From Candidatus Sericytochromatia bacterium (GTDB lineage: Bacteria; Cyanobacteriota; Sericytochromatia; JACMPN01), in contig JACMPN010000336.1 of NCBI GenBank assembly GCA_014377495.1, positions 1 to 36,577 on the forward strand: a stretch of 36,577 nt of DNA, given 5' to 3'. The translations under genes and the position numbers were made by a program. Under the pieces are notes generated by a model that was not told the origin of the DNA, ran no database searches, and saw only the letters and a program-made list of their open reading frames with translations. Shown piece by piece: positions 26,912 to 35,534 of the stretch (the stretch's first letter is position 1; every line of letters begins with the position of its first letter).

Positions 26912-27826
26912 ATGCCCAACGTCCTCGTCCAAACCGTGCAAGGCACCAGAGCCATCCTCAAGGGGATGGGTGTGGTGTTCCAGAACCTGTTCCGGCAACC
27001 GTTCACCATCGAGTATCCCGAGGTGCGCCGCCCGGCACCACCCCGCACCCGCAACCGCCTGGCTTTCCTCTTCGACGACGAGAGCGAAAAAATGCGGTGC
27101 ATCGGTTGCACCAGCTGTGTCGTCGTCTGCCCGCGGGAAATCATCCACCTCAAGGTGGAAACGGTCGACAAGAAAAAAGTCGTCGTTCAATTCGACGTCG
27201 ATCTCGGCGACTGCATCGGCTGCGGCAACTGTGTCGAGATCTGCCCCGTCGACGCCCTCGAGCTGTTACCTGACTTCGAGCTGGCCGCCGAGCGTAAGGA
27301 AGACCTCCTCTACGACATGCACAAGATGGGCAAGTTCGTCCAAAAGGGCTATCTCCCCGCTCAGTTCTATCCCGCCAAGTCTGAACCGCCCAAGCCGATC
27401 AGCAAGAACGCGGCGCCCAAGCCGATCGCGCCGCCGGCCGACGGGACCGCCGTCGTTACGGCCGTCGATCCTGCTACGCTATCGCCTGAAGATCAGAAGG
27501 CCGCAGCCTGGATCAGGACCGAAGAACTTAAAGCCGCACGCGAAGCCGCCAAAGCCACAGCCGAGGCGGGTGGCGCCACAACGGAACCGGCCGTCGGTAC
27601 TGCCGAACCCATCGAACTGACGCCTGAGGAAATCAAAGAAGCCGGTCGCCGCAAGGCAGCCGAGCTGAAAGCGGCTCGCGAAGCAATCAAGGCGGAGGCG
27701 GTTGAGGCGGAGGCCGCCAAGGCCGCAGGTCCCACTGCGGGAACTTCCGAGGCCCCTGCACCGTACAAGACAGATGCCGCAGCGCCGCCATCCGACATCC
27801 ATCCTGATCCCAGCCCGGGAGGCTAG
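26912..27826 (+). CDS. nuoI: NADH-quinone oxidoreductase subunit I (NdhI) with long C-terminal extension
   Basis: Two 4Fe-4S motifs, CIGCTSCVVVCP and CIGCGNCVEICP, then a tail of about 150 aa rich in Ala/Glu/Pro/Lys. Confidence 0.93.
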   Translation: MPNVLVQTVQGTRAILKGMGVVFQNLFRQPFTIEYPEVRRPAPPRTRNRLAFLFDDESEKMRCIGCTSCVVVCPREIIHLKVETVDKKKVVVQFDVDLGDCIGCGNCVEICPVDALELLPDFELAAERKEDLLYDMHKMGKFVQKGYLPAQFYPAKSEPPKPISKNAAPKPIAPPADGTAVVTAVDPATLSPEDQKAAAWIRTEELKAAREAAKATAEAGGATTEPAVGTAEPIELTPEEIKEAGRRKAAELKAAREAIKAEAVEAEAAKAAGPTAGTSEAPAPYKTDAAAPPSDIHPDPSPGG

Positions 27827-27837
27827 ACCCAGCAACC

Positions 27838-28365
27838 ATGGAAACCGCCGCTGCCCATACGACGACCTATGCAGTCCTGCTGCAAAACCTCGCCTTTTAC
27901 ACCCTGGCCTCCTTCAGCGTCCTCAGCGCCGCCGGCATGTTGCTCGTACGCAACCTGATCCACAGCGCCTACCTGCTGGTCCTGACATTTCTGTCGGTCG
28001 CCGGCACGTTCTTTTTATTGAATGCCGAATTCCTCGGGGTCGCCCAGATCCTCATCTACGCCTCCGCTGTGGCGATCATGATGATCTTCGGCCTGATGTT
28101 GACCAACAAGCCGGCCGCCCCGATGCCGAACCATGGCATCCTGTTCCGCTACATTGCCATGGCCATCGGCATCGGGATCTTCTCCTACGCCTGCCGCCTG
28201 GCCCTCATCGCCCCCTGGGTGACGAGCACGCCTGTCCTTGTCGATACGCCCGTCGTCATCGGCAGAGCCTTTTTCAATGAGTTCCTGCTGCCTTTCGAGG
28301 TCGCCGCCGTTCTACTCCTGATGGCGCTCGTCGGGGCGCTGTCCGTGGCGCGTAAGGAGGCCTAA
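27838..28365 (+). CDS. nuoJ: NADH-quinone oxidoreductase subunit J (NdhG)
   Basis: Motifs NLIHSA, LNAEFLGVAQILIY and LPFEVAAVLLL. Confidence 0.93.
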   Translation: METAAAHTTTYAVLLQNLAFYTLASFSVLSAAGMLLVRNLIHSAYLLVLTFLSVAGTFFLLNAEFLGVAQILIYASAVAIMMIFGLMLTNKPAAPMPNHGILFRYIAMAIGIGIFSYACRLALIAPWVTSTPVLVDTPVVIGRAFFNEFLLPFEVAAVLLLMALVGALSVARKEA

Positions 28366-28680
28366 ATGATTGCCGTCGGCCTTAACCATTTCTTGTTCCT
28401 GGGCACTGCGCTTTTTTGCCTGGGCCTCTGGGGCGTGATCACCAGTCGCCATGCGATCCGGGTCCTGATGAGTATTGAGCTGATGCTCAACGCCGTGAAC
28501 ATCAACCTCGTCGCCTTCAACAACTACGTCACGCCGGCCAGGGGGCGCGGACAGGTCTTTGCGCTGTTCGTCATGGCTGTGGCCGCCGCCGAAGCGGGGG
28601 TCGCCCTGGCGATCATCCTCAACCTGTACACGAACTTCCGCGACGTCGACATGAACCAAATCAACCTGATGAAGTGGTAG
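28366..28680 (+). CDS. nuoK: NADH-quinone oxidoreductase subunit K (NdhE)
   Basis: Motifs LMSIELMLNAVNINLVAF and AAAEAGVALA. Confidence 0.95.
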   Translation: MIAVGLNHFLFLGTALFCLGLWGVITSRHAIRVLMSIELMLNAVNINLVAFNNYVTPARGRGQVFALFVMAVAAAEAGVALAIILNLYTNFRDVDMNQINLMKW

Positions 28681-28690
28681 GGATCCGTCC

Positions 28691-30586
28691 ATGAGTTTCG
28701 CCTTGACCCAGGTGTGGTGGGTGGCCCTGCTGCCCGGCCTGGCCGCCGTCATCATCGCCCTGTTCACCCGCCAGCAGCGACAGATCTCCGCCGCCCTGGC
28801 CCTCGCCAGCACCGGCTTGTCTTTCCTGATGTCCCTCGCCATCATGAGCGCCGCCTTCACCGGTGGCCAGAGTGCCCTGTCGACGACGTTCGGGGCCTAC
28901 CGCTGGACGACCGTCGGCAGCCAGTCCCTCTACGTCGCCTGGGGCTTGACCCCCCTGTCCGCCCTGATGCTGGTCGTCGTCACCCTGGTCAGTGGCCTCG
29001 TGCAGGTCTACTCCCTCGCCTATATGAAGGACGAAGCACCCCGGGCCTTCAGCCGCTACTATGGCGCTTTGGCCCTGTTCACCTTTTCGATGCTGGCCCT
29101 AGTCATCGCCGACAACCTGCTGATGATCTTCGCCGGCTGGGAACTCGTCGGTGTCAGCTCGTTCCTGCTCATCGGGTTCTGGTTCAAAAAGCCGGCAGCG
29201 GCCAAAGCCGCCAACAAAGCCTTCCTGGTCAACCGTATCGGCGATCTGGGCATGCTCGTCGGCATCCTGCTGCTCTACAGCTACACCCATGAGCTGGGCT
29301 TCGGGGCCAATGTCCAGGCCATCGCCAAAGGCGTCATCCCGGCCACGACGCTGGGCGTGATCATGTTTCTGCTCTTCTGGGGCCCGATCGGCAAATCCGC
29401 CCAGGTGCCCCTGCACGTCTGGCTGCCGGACGCCATGGAAGGCCCCACCCCCGTTTCCGCCCTGATCCATGCCGCGACCATGGTCGCCGCCGGCGTCTAC
29501 TTTGTCGGGCGGCTCTTCGAAATGTTCGTCCTCGCCCCGGCCATGGTCCTGAACATCGTCGCCGGTGTCGGGGCCCTGACGGCCGTCCTGGCCGCCGCCA
29601 TCGCCCTGGTGCAGACCGACATCAAGAAGGTGCTGGCCTACTCGACCGTCAGCCAGCTCGGCTTCATGATGCTGGCCCTCGGCATGGGCCCGGTTGGCTA
29701 CAAGGCCGGTCTGTTCCACCTGTTCACCCACGCCTTTTTCAAAGCGCTGCTCTTCCTCGGGGCCGGCTCGGTCATTCATGCCGTGCACACCCAGGACATC
29801 CGCGAGATGGGCGGGCTGAAAGCCGCCATGCCGCTGACCCGGATCACCTTTTTGATTGGCACGCTGAGCATCACGGGCCTGCCGTTCCTCACGGCCGGGT
29901 TCTGGAGCAAAGAGGCGATCTTCCACGCCACGTGGGCTCACAACCCCGGCATCTTCGCCCTTGCCGTCGTCGCCGCCACGATGACCGCCTTTTACATGTT
30001 CCGCCTGTACTTCCTCACCTTCGAGGGCAGCTACCGTGGCCACGCCCACCCGCATGAGTCCCCGACGCTGATGACGGCACCGCTGCTCATCCTCGCCGTG
30101 CCCTCGATCGCCGCCGGCTGGCTCGACACGGGGATGTTCGGCCATGCCATCGACCGGTTCCTGGCCTATGGCGGCGTCGGCGCCGAGCAGGTCCATGCCA
30201 CGGCCGGCATGGACTGGCCGCTGGTCGCCCTGAGTGCGGCGATCTTCGCTGTCGGTACGGGTCTGGCCTACGCCATCTATATCCGCAAGACCGTCGATGC
30301 CGCCGGCTGGGCCAAGGACTGGCCCGGCCTGCACGACATGCTGAGCCACAAGTTTTACATCGACGAGGCCTATGCCACGTTCGTTGATCGGGTGGTCTTG
30401 GGCTGGGCCTCGGTGGCGGCAATGCTGGACCGCTACGTCGTCGACGGCCTCGTCAACGGTATCGCCATGGGCACCGTCGCCGGCGGCGAGGGCCTGAAAC
30501 TGCTGCAGACGGGCCGGGTACAGACCTACGCCCTCATCGCGACGACGAGCCTCTTCGTCATCGTGTGGATTTTGACCCGGATCTAA
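28691..30586 (+). CDS. nuoL: NADH-quinone oxidoreductase subunit L (NdhF)
   Basis: Motifs WELVGVSSFLLIGFW, GKSAQVPLHVWLPDAMEGPTPVSALIHAATMV and FHLFTHAFFKALLFL. Confidence 0.96.
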   Translation: MSFALTQVWWVALLPGLAAVIIALFTRQQRQISAALALASTGLSFLMSLAIMSAAFTGGQSALSTTFGAYRWTTVGSQSLYVAWGLTPLSALMLVVVTLVSGLVQVYSLAYMKDEAPRAFSRYYGALALFTFSMLALVIADNLLMIFAGWELVGVSSFLLIGFWFKKPAAAKAANKAFLVNRIGDLGMLVGILLLYSYTHELGFGANVQAIAKGVIPATTLGVIMFLLFWGPIGKSAQVPLHVWLPDAMEGPTPVSALIHAATMVAAGVYFVGRLFEMFVLAPAMVLNIVAGVGALTAVLAAAIALVQTDIKKVLAYSTVSQLGFMMLALGMGPVGYKAGLFHLFTHAFFKALLFLGAGSVIHAVHTQDIREMGGLKAAMPLTRITFLIGTLSITGLPFLTAGFWSKEAIFHATWAHNPGIFALAVVAATMTAFYMFRLYFLTFEGSYRGHAHPHESPTLMTAPLLILAVPSIAAGWLDTGMFGHAIDRFLAYGGVGAEQVHATAGMDWPLVALSAAIFAVGTGLAYAIYIRKTVDAAGWAKDWPGLHDMLSHKFYIDEAYATFVDRVVLGWASVAAMLDRYVVDGLVNGIAMGTVAGGEGLKLLQTGRVQTYALIATTSLFVIVWILTRI

Positions 30587-30597
30587 AGGCGAAAACG

Positions 30598-32103
30598 ATG
30601 AACCCCTACGAGCAAAACCACTTCCTCCTGGCCGCAATCCTGCTGCTCCCCATGCTGGGAGCGCTGGTCATTGCCCTGGCCCCCAACCCCCTGGGCGGTC
30701 GGGTACCCCAGGCGATCGCCGCCGCCTTTGCCGGCTTGGAGATGATCCTGGTCGGCGTCATGGCCGCCAACTTCGTCCCCTCGGCCTCCCGGGCGAACAC
30801 CTTCGAGTTTATGGACAAGCTGTCCTGGATCCCGCAGTTCAACATCCAGTACCAGGTCGCCGTCGATGGCCTCAGCCTGCCGATGGTCGTGCTGACCGCC
30901 TTGCTGATGTTTGTCGCGGTGCTGGCCAGTGGCACGATCACCAAGAATCCAAAGCTGTACTTTGTGCTGCTGATGGTCCTGGAAAGCGCCGTCATCGGCG
31001 TCTTCACCTCGCTGGACCTGTTCCTCTTCTTCGTCATGTGGGAGCTGGAACTGATCCCGATGTACTTTTTGATCGGGATGTTCGGCGGCAAGAACCGTGA
31101 ATACGCCGCCATGAAGTTCATCCTCTACACCGGGCTGGCCTCGGCCCTGATGCTGATCGTCTTCCTGTCGATCTACTTCCTCAACCCGGCCCACACCTTC
31201 GACTTCCTGGCCCTGCAGGGGACCAAGGTGTTCAGCCAGTACGCCGGCTGGGTCCAGGTCCTGGCCTTTGCGGCCCTACTCGTCTGCTTTGCCGTCAAAC
31301 TGCCCATGGTGCCCTTCCATACCTGGTTGCCCGACGCCCACGTCGAAGCACCGACAGCCGTGTCCGTCCTGCTCGCCGGCGTGCTGCTGAAGATGGGCGC
31401 CTACGGGATGATCCGCTTCAACCTCGGCCTCTTCGGGTTGGAAGCCGCCAAACCCTTACTGACGACTTTGGCCGTCCTGGCCGTGATCAACATCGTCTAT
31501 GGGGCGTTTCTTGCCTTGGCCCAGACGGACATCAAGCGGGTCATCGCCTACTCTTCGATCAGTCATATGGGCTTTGTCCTGCTCGGCATTGCGGCGATGA
31601 ACCAGATCGGACTTAACGGGGCAGTGCTGATGATGTTCAGCCATGGCCTGATCACCGCCATGCTCTTCCTGTTTGTGGGGGTGATCTACGATCGCACCCA
31701 TACCCGGGAGATCAAGGAACTGGGGGGTCTGGCGGCAATCATGCCTACGGCCGGTGCCATCTTCGTCTTTACGGCGATGGCCAATGTCGGGGTGCCGGGC
31801 CTTTCCGGCTTTGCCGGTGAGTTTCTCGTCTTCCTGGGGGCCTTCCAGAGCTTCCAGGCCCTGACCATCGTCGCCGCCACGAGCCTGGTGCTGACCGCCG
31901 CCTACACCCTCTGGTTGACGCAGCGGGTCTGGTTCCAGGCCCTGCCCGACCGCTGGGCAAAACTGACTGATCTGAATGGGGTCGAAGCCTTCAACCTGCT
32001 GGTCCTGGCGGCCGGGGTGTTGGTTTTGGGCATTTACCCCGCCCTACTGACCGATGTCATCAATCCAGCCACCACCAAGCTGGTTGCGTTGCTGGGAGTG
32101 TAA
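30598..32103 (+). CDS. nuoM: NADH-quinone oxidoreductase subunit M (NdhD)
   Basis: Motifs VDGLS, WELELIPMY and PFHTWLPDAHVEAP. Start reassigned to ATG 30598. Confidence 0.96.
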   Translation: MNPYEQNHFLLAAILLLPMLGALVIALAPNPLGGRVPQAIAAAFAGLEMILVGVMAANFVPSASRANTFEFMDKLSWIPQFNIQYQVAVDGLSLPMVVLTALLMFVAVLASGTITKNPKLYFVLLMVLESAVIGVFTSLDLFLFFVMWELELIPMYFLIGMFGGKNREYAAMKFILYTGLASALMLIVFLSIYFLNPAHTFDFLALQGTKVFSQYAGWVQVLAFAALLVCFAVKLPMVPFHTWLPDAHVEAPTAVSVLLAGVLLKMGAYGMIRFNLGLFGLEAAKPLLTTLAVLAVINIVYGAFLALAQTDIKRVIAYSSISHMGFVLLGIAAMNQIGLNGAVLMMFSHGLITAMLFLFVGVIYDRTHTREIKELGGLAAIMPTAGAIFVFTAMANVGVPGLSGFAGEFLVFLGAFQSFQALTIVAATSLVLTAAYTLWLTQRVWFQALPDRWAKLTDLNGVEAFNLLVLAAGVLVLGIYPALLTDVINPATTKLVALLGV

Positions 32104-32105
32104 CT

Positions 32106-33668
32106 ATGGCCGTCGCCTCCAAAGAATCCAAAACCATCCTCACCCCGCAGGGGAGCTCCCTCGTCCCCATCGGGGGCGCCGTACTGCTGATCCTGCTCTG
32201 TGCCTACCTGGCTGTGGCCTGGGCGCCCATCGTGGCGGCCGAGATCACGGTGGCCGCCACGGCGATCGCCATCCTCGTCGCCGACTGGTTCGTGCCCAAA
32301 GAAAAGCAGAGTCAACTCGGCCTGCTCGGTATCTTCGGCCTCATGGCCGCCATCGGGATGATGATCGGCGTGCGGACGTCCGGCTACGAAGCGCCCGCGG
32401 CCTTTGGCGGCATGTTCATCACCAGTGGCTTTTCGACGCTGTTCAGGCTGATGATCCTGGGCACCGGCGCCCTGTCGCTGACCCTGAGCCTGGATTACGT
32501 CGGCCGGCGGATCACCCAGTACGGCGAGTATTACGTCCTGATCGTCCTCGCCATCCTGGGCGGCATGCTGCTCGCCGCCGCCAACGAGATGGTGACCTTC
32601 TACCTGGCCCTGGAACTGGTCTCGATCCCCAGCTATATCCTGGTCAGCCTGCGCAAGTCGGAGGCCCGTTCCAGCGAAGCCGGCCTGAAGTACCTGATCT
32701 TCGGCGCCCTCAGTTCGGCTTTCCTGCTGTACGGCTTTTCCTGGGTGTTCGGGATGACCGGCACGACGGACTTTTCGGCTGCGGCCGTGTCCATCAGCAA
32801 CACCGGGGTCAACCCGCCATTGGTCTTTGCGATGGCCCTATGCATCGCCGGTGTCCTCTATAAGGTGTCAGCCGCCCCTTTCCACATGTGGACGCCGGAC
32901 GTGTATGAAGGCGCCCCCATGCCGGTGACGGCCTTTTTGGCCATGACCTCCAAGCTCATCGGTGTGGCCGCCTTGCTCAAGCTCCTCGTCGTGCCGTTCA
33001 GTTCGGGCCAGTTGGAGACCCGCTGGGTCCTGATGATCGCCGTCCTGTCTGCGGTGACGATGACCCTGGGCAATCTGGTGGCCCTGGCCCAGCGCAACAT
33101 CAAACGATTGTTTGCCTATTCGAGCATTGCCCATGGCGGATATCTGCTGAGCGGCATGGTGGCGGCCTATCGTCCGGACACGCTGAATGCCAGCCTCGGC
33201 TCGGTGACGTTCTACCTGATCACATACGCCCTGATGAATCTGGGCGCCTTTGCCGTGATGCTCTATGTCGGTCGCGAGCAGGACTCTGCCGAGCTGAGCG
33301 CCTATGCGGGCCTGGCGAAACGGGCGCCCTGGACGGCGGCGATCTTCAGCCTCTGCCTGATGTCGCTGGCGGGCCTGCCGCCCTTGGCGGGTTTCATGGG
33401 CAAGTTCTATCTGTTCGGCGCTGCCGTGCAGGCCGGTTTCACCTGGCTGGCACTCGTCGGCGTCTTGAACTCCGTGGTCTCGCTGTATTACTACGTGGCG
33501 ATCATCAAACTGATGTACTTCCGGGAACCGGCCGACACCAAGCCCTATGCCCCGCCGTCGCCGGGCATCGCCCTGGCCATGGTCCTCAGTGCCATCAGCG
33601 TGGTCGCCCTGTTCGTCGCCCCATCCCCCCTCTTGTCGGTGATCTCCAACTTCGTCTCCAACATGTAA
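32106..33668 (+). CDS. nuoN: NADH-quinone oxidoreductase subunit N (NdhB)
   Basis: Motifs EAGLKY, PFHMWTPDVYEGAP, KRLFAYSSIAHGGY and SLAGLPP. Confidence 0.96.
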   Translation: MAVASKESKTILTPQGSSLVPIGGAVLLILLCAYLAVAWAPIVAAEITVAATAIAILVADWFVPKEKQSQLGLLGIFGLMAAIGMMIGVRTSGYEAPAAFGGMFITSGFSTLFRLMILGTGALSLTLSLDYVGRRITQYGEYYVLIVLAILGGMLLAAANEMVTFYLALELVSIPSYILVSLRKSEARSSEAGLKYLIFGALSSAFLLYGFSWVFGMTGTTDFSAAAVSISNTGVNPPLVFAMALCIAGVLYKVSAAPFHMWTPDVYEGAPMPVTAFLAMTSKLIGVAALLKLLVVPFSSGQLETRWVLMIAVLSAVTMTLGNLVALAQRNIKRLFAYSSIAHGGYLLSGMVAAYRPDTLNASLGSVTFYLITYALMNLGAFAVMLYVGREQDSAELSAYAGLAKRAPWTAAIFSLCLMSLAGLPPLAGFMGKFYLFGAAVQAGFTWLALVGVLNSVVSLYYYVAIIKLMYFREPADTKPYAPPSPGIALAMVLSAISVVALFVAPSPLLSVISNFVSNM

Positions 33669-33769
33669 GCGTCACGGCGGTGGATGGGTGGGGCAACGGT
33701 GTTTATTTCAGGCATGAAATCGCCAAGAATCGGGTATAAGACGGGTATCACGACAGAGGATGGCCCGCC

Positions 33770-35326
33770 ATGATTACCAACGACATCAAAGCTGCGCAGA
33801 CCGCCGGTCAGGTTGTGGGCCGTCCGCTGACACTGAGCGACAGTGACAAGCTGCGTGCCCTTGACCGGAAGGTGCTGGGTGCAAACGGCGTCACCAAAGA
33901 CGGCAACCTCACCAAAGAGGATGCTGCGGCGCTGATCCAGAAACTCATTGGATCACCCTTCGCCACCACGCCGCAGCAGACGGAAAAACTCGAAGGTTTG
34001 ATCAAGCAGTCTGGGATCTCCCAGACCACCGCCAACTTCCTCCGCCGGACCGCCAATCCCGATGATCAACCCAGCGATTCCTTACAATTGGCGGTGACTG
34101 CCGTCAACTTGGACGTGACCACCCCAAGCGACCAGGCCACCCTCGCCAGGTTTGATGTCCAGGGGGACCAAACCGTTTCCGCTGGCGACGTCAGCAAGAC
34201 CATCAGGAGCGAGTTGGGCATCGACAACACCAAGCCGCTCACCAAGGAACAGACGACTTCGATCAACAAGTGGGTGACGTCCCTCGGCCTCAGCCACCAA
34301 GCCACGGGCGTGATCCGGGATCTGGCTTTGGGCCGTGCCGGTGGTACCGCCGACGCCATCCGTCTGGCAGCCACACCGAGCGGCTTGAGCTTTCCGGTGA
34401 AAGGTTTGGCAGGGCTCGGCGAGAAGGGCAGCAAGATCTTTGCCGCCGTCGATGCCAACAAGGACGGCCAGATCCGGCGAAATGAACTCCTGACCGACCT
34501 CAAGGCAACCGTCGGTCTCGACCTGTCCGGCGTTGAAATCAACTCTTGGGACGACATCCCGAAAGACCAGCACCTGCAAGTCTTTCAGTACTTGGCCCGC
34601 AAGGGGCTGGGCAACGACAGCGCCGTCAAGGATGTCCTGATCGATATCATTTCAAACAAGCCCGGCAGTGAGGGCCTGGCGCTTGCTCCTGAGGGCCAGA
34701 TGCGTGGCATTACCGTCACCAGCGAGACCGAGTCGGCCGCTACCGTGGACGGCTTGAGAGCGCTTGATGAAAACAACAGCGGCAACGTCTCCGACTTGGA
34801 CATGCTGGCCATCGTGAAGAAAGCCACGGGCTGGGACGGTGCCAACATGCGGGCCGGCCAGCGGGAGATCGTCCGGGACTGGCTCGACCAGCTCCAGATC
34901 CCCTGGCAGCTCAAAAACGCCGTGATGGATTTGCTCAATGGCGGCACCGCCATGATGGACGTTATCGGTGTCGGCAAGTCACCCGAGAAGTCCCCCAAGA
35001 CCGAGGCGCTTATCGACGACCTGACCGCCAAGTCCAAGGAGTGCCAGGCGACATTGACTGACAACGAGCCGTCCCGCTTCTCTGAGATGAACAGCATGTC
35101 CAGGAGTGGACCCACCATGAAGCTCGATGGCCAGACGTACGGGGCGGGGATGTCAGGGGTCTACAGCGTGGGCCCGAATGAAACCAAGGAAGCACTGGAC
35201 TTGCCGACCCTCAAGAAGTTTGCCGAGGCATTCAAGGCCGATCCGTTCGCGTTCGAGAAGAACGACCGTGACTCGCTCCAGAAAATGTTGCCCAAAGCCA
35301 TCCAGGAGCTCGAAATCAAGCAGTAG
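33770..35326 (+). CDS. Hypothetical 518-aa protein with four EF-hand-like repeats
   Basis: GAGGA SD; loops DANKDGQIRRNE, DENNSGNVSDLD, DVQGDQTVSAGD and degenerate GVTKDGNLTKED, spaced about 85-120 aa apart. Confidence 0.8.
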   Translation: MITNDIKAAQTAGQVVGRPLTLSDSDKLRALDRKVLGANGVTKDGNLTKEDAAALIQKLIGSPFATTPQQTEKLEGLIKQSGISQTTANFLRRTANPDDQPSDSLQLAVTAVNLDVTTPSDQATLARFDVQGDQTVSAGDVSKTIRSELGIDNTKPLTKEQTTSINKWVTSLGLSHQATGVIRDLALGRAGGTADAIRLAATPSGLSFPVKGLAGLGEKGSKIFAAVDANKDGQIRRNELLTDLKATVGLDLSGVEINSWDDIPKDQHLQVFQYLARKGLGNDSAVKDVLIDIISNKPGSEGLALAPEGQMRGITVTSETESAATVDGLRALDENNSGNVSDLDMLAIVKKATGWDGANMRAGQREIVRDWLDQLQIPWQLKNAVMDLLNGGTAMMDVIGVGKSPEKSPKTEALIDDLTAKSKECQATLTDNEPSRFSEMNSMSRSGPTMKLDGQTYGAGMSGVYSVGPNETKEALDLPTLKKFAEAFKADPFAFEKNDRDSLQKMLPKAIQELEIKQ

Positions 35327-35368
35327 ATCGATCCGGCAGGTGATTGCCGGATCTCACGCCTCAGCATG

Positions 35369-35405
35369 AAACAGCCCCCGAATCACAATGATTCGGGGGC
35401 TGTTT
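35369..35405 (+). terminator. Intrinsic terminator, possibly bidirectional
   Basis: Perfect 17-bp stem AAACAGCCCCCGAATCA-caa-TGATTCGGGGGCTGTTT between convergent genes. Confidence 0.85.
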
Positions 35406-35423
35406 GTTGTGCACAGTGGAACG

Positions 35424-35534
35424 GATTGACGGGTCGTGGGGTCCCAGATGCGTAGTGGGCAGGGGCCGACTGGTACCGGAAGGTACCCGAGGCCCCTGCC
35501 CACATAGCAGGTGGGGCCTCACGGCCCGCCAATC
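35424..35534. repeat. Stop-codon-anchored rod palindrome, copy 3
   Basis: Outer stem GATTGACGGGTCGTG/CACGGCCCGCCAATC; core GGTCCCAGATGCG (from 35440) and CATAGCAGGTGGGGCC (to 35518); perfect 13-bp inner stem; apical GGTACC-GGAA-GGTACC. Touches the nfuA stop. Confidence 0.85.

Noticed and set aside
21639-30637. Long antisense ORFs (21639-22916, 24644-25666, 25828-27171, 29099-30637; similarly 15872-17401, 19879-20721, 12397-13518)
   Set aside because: They are shadow frames opposite well-supported GC3-rich genes and show no protein motifs.
35424-35534. SRP RNA (ffs), given a ~110-nt rod with a GGAA tetraloop
   Set aside because: It lacks the conserved helix-8 CAGG/AGCAG loop next to the tetraloop, and it shares its core with two other copies in the window.
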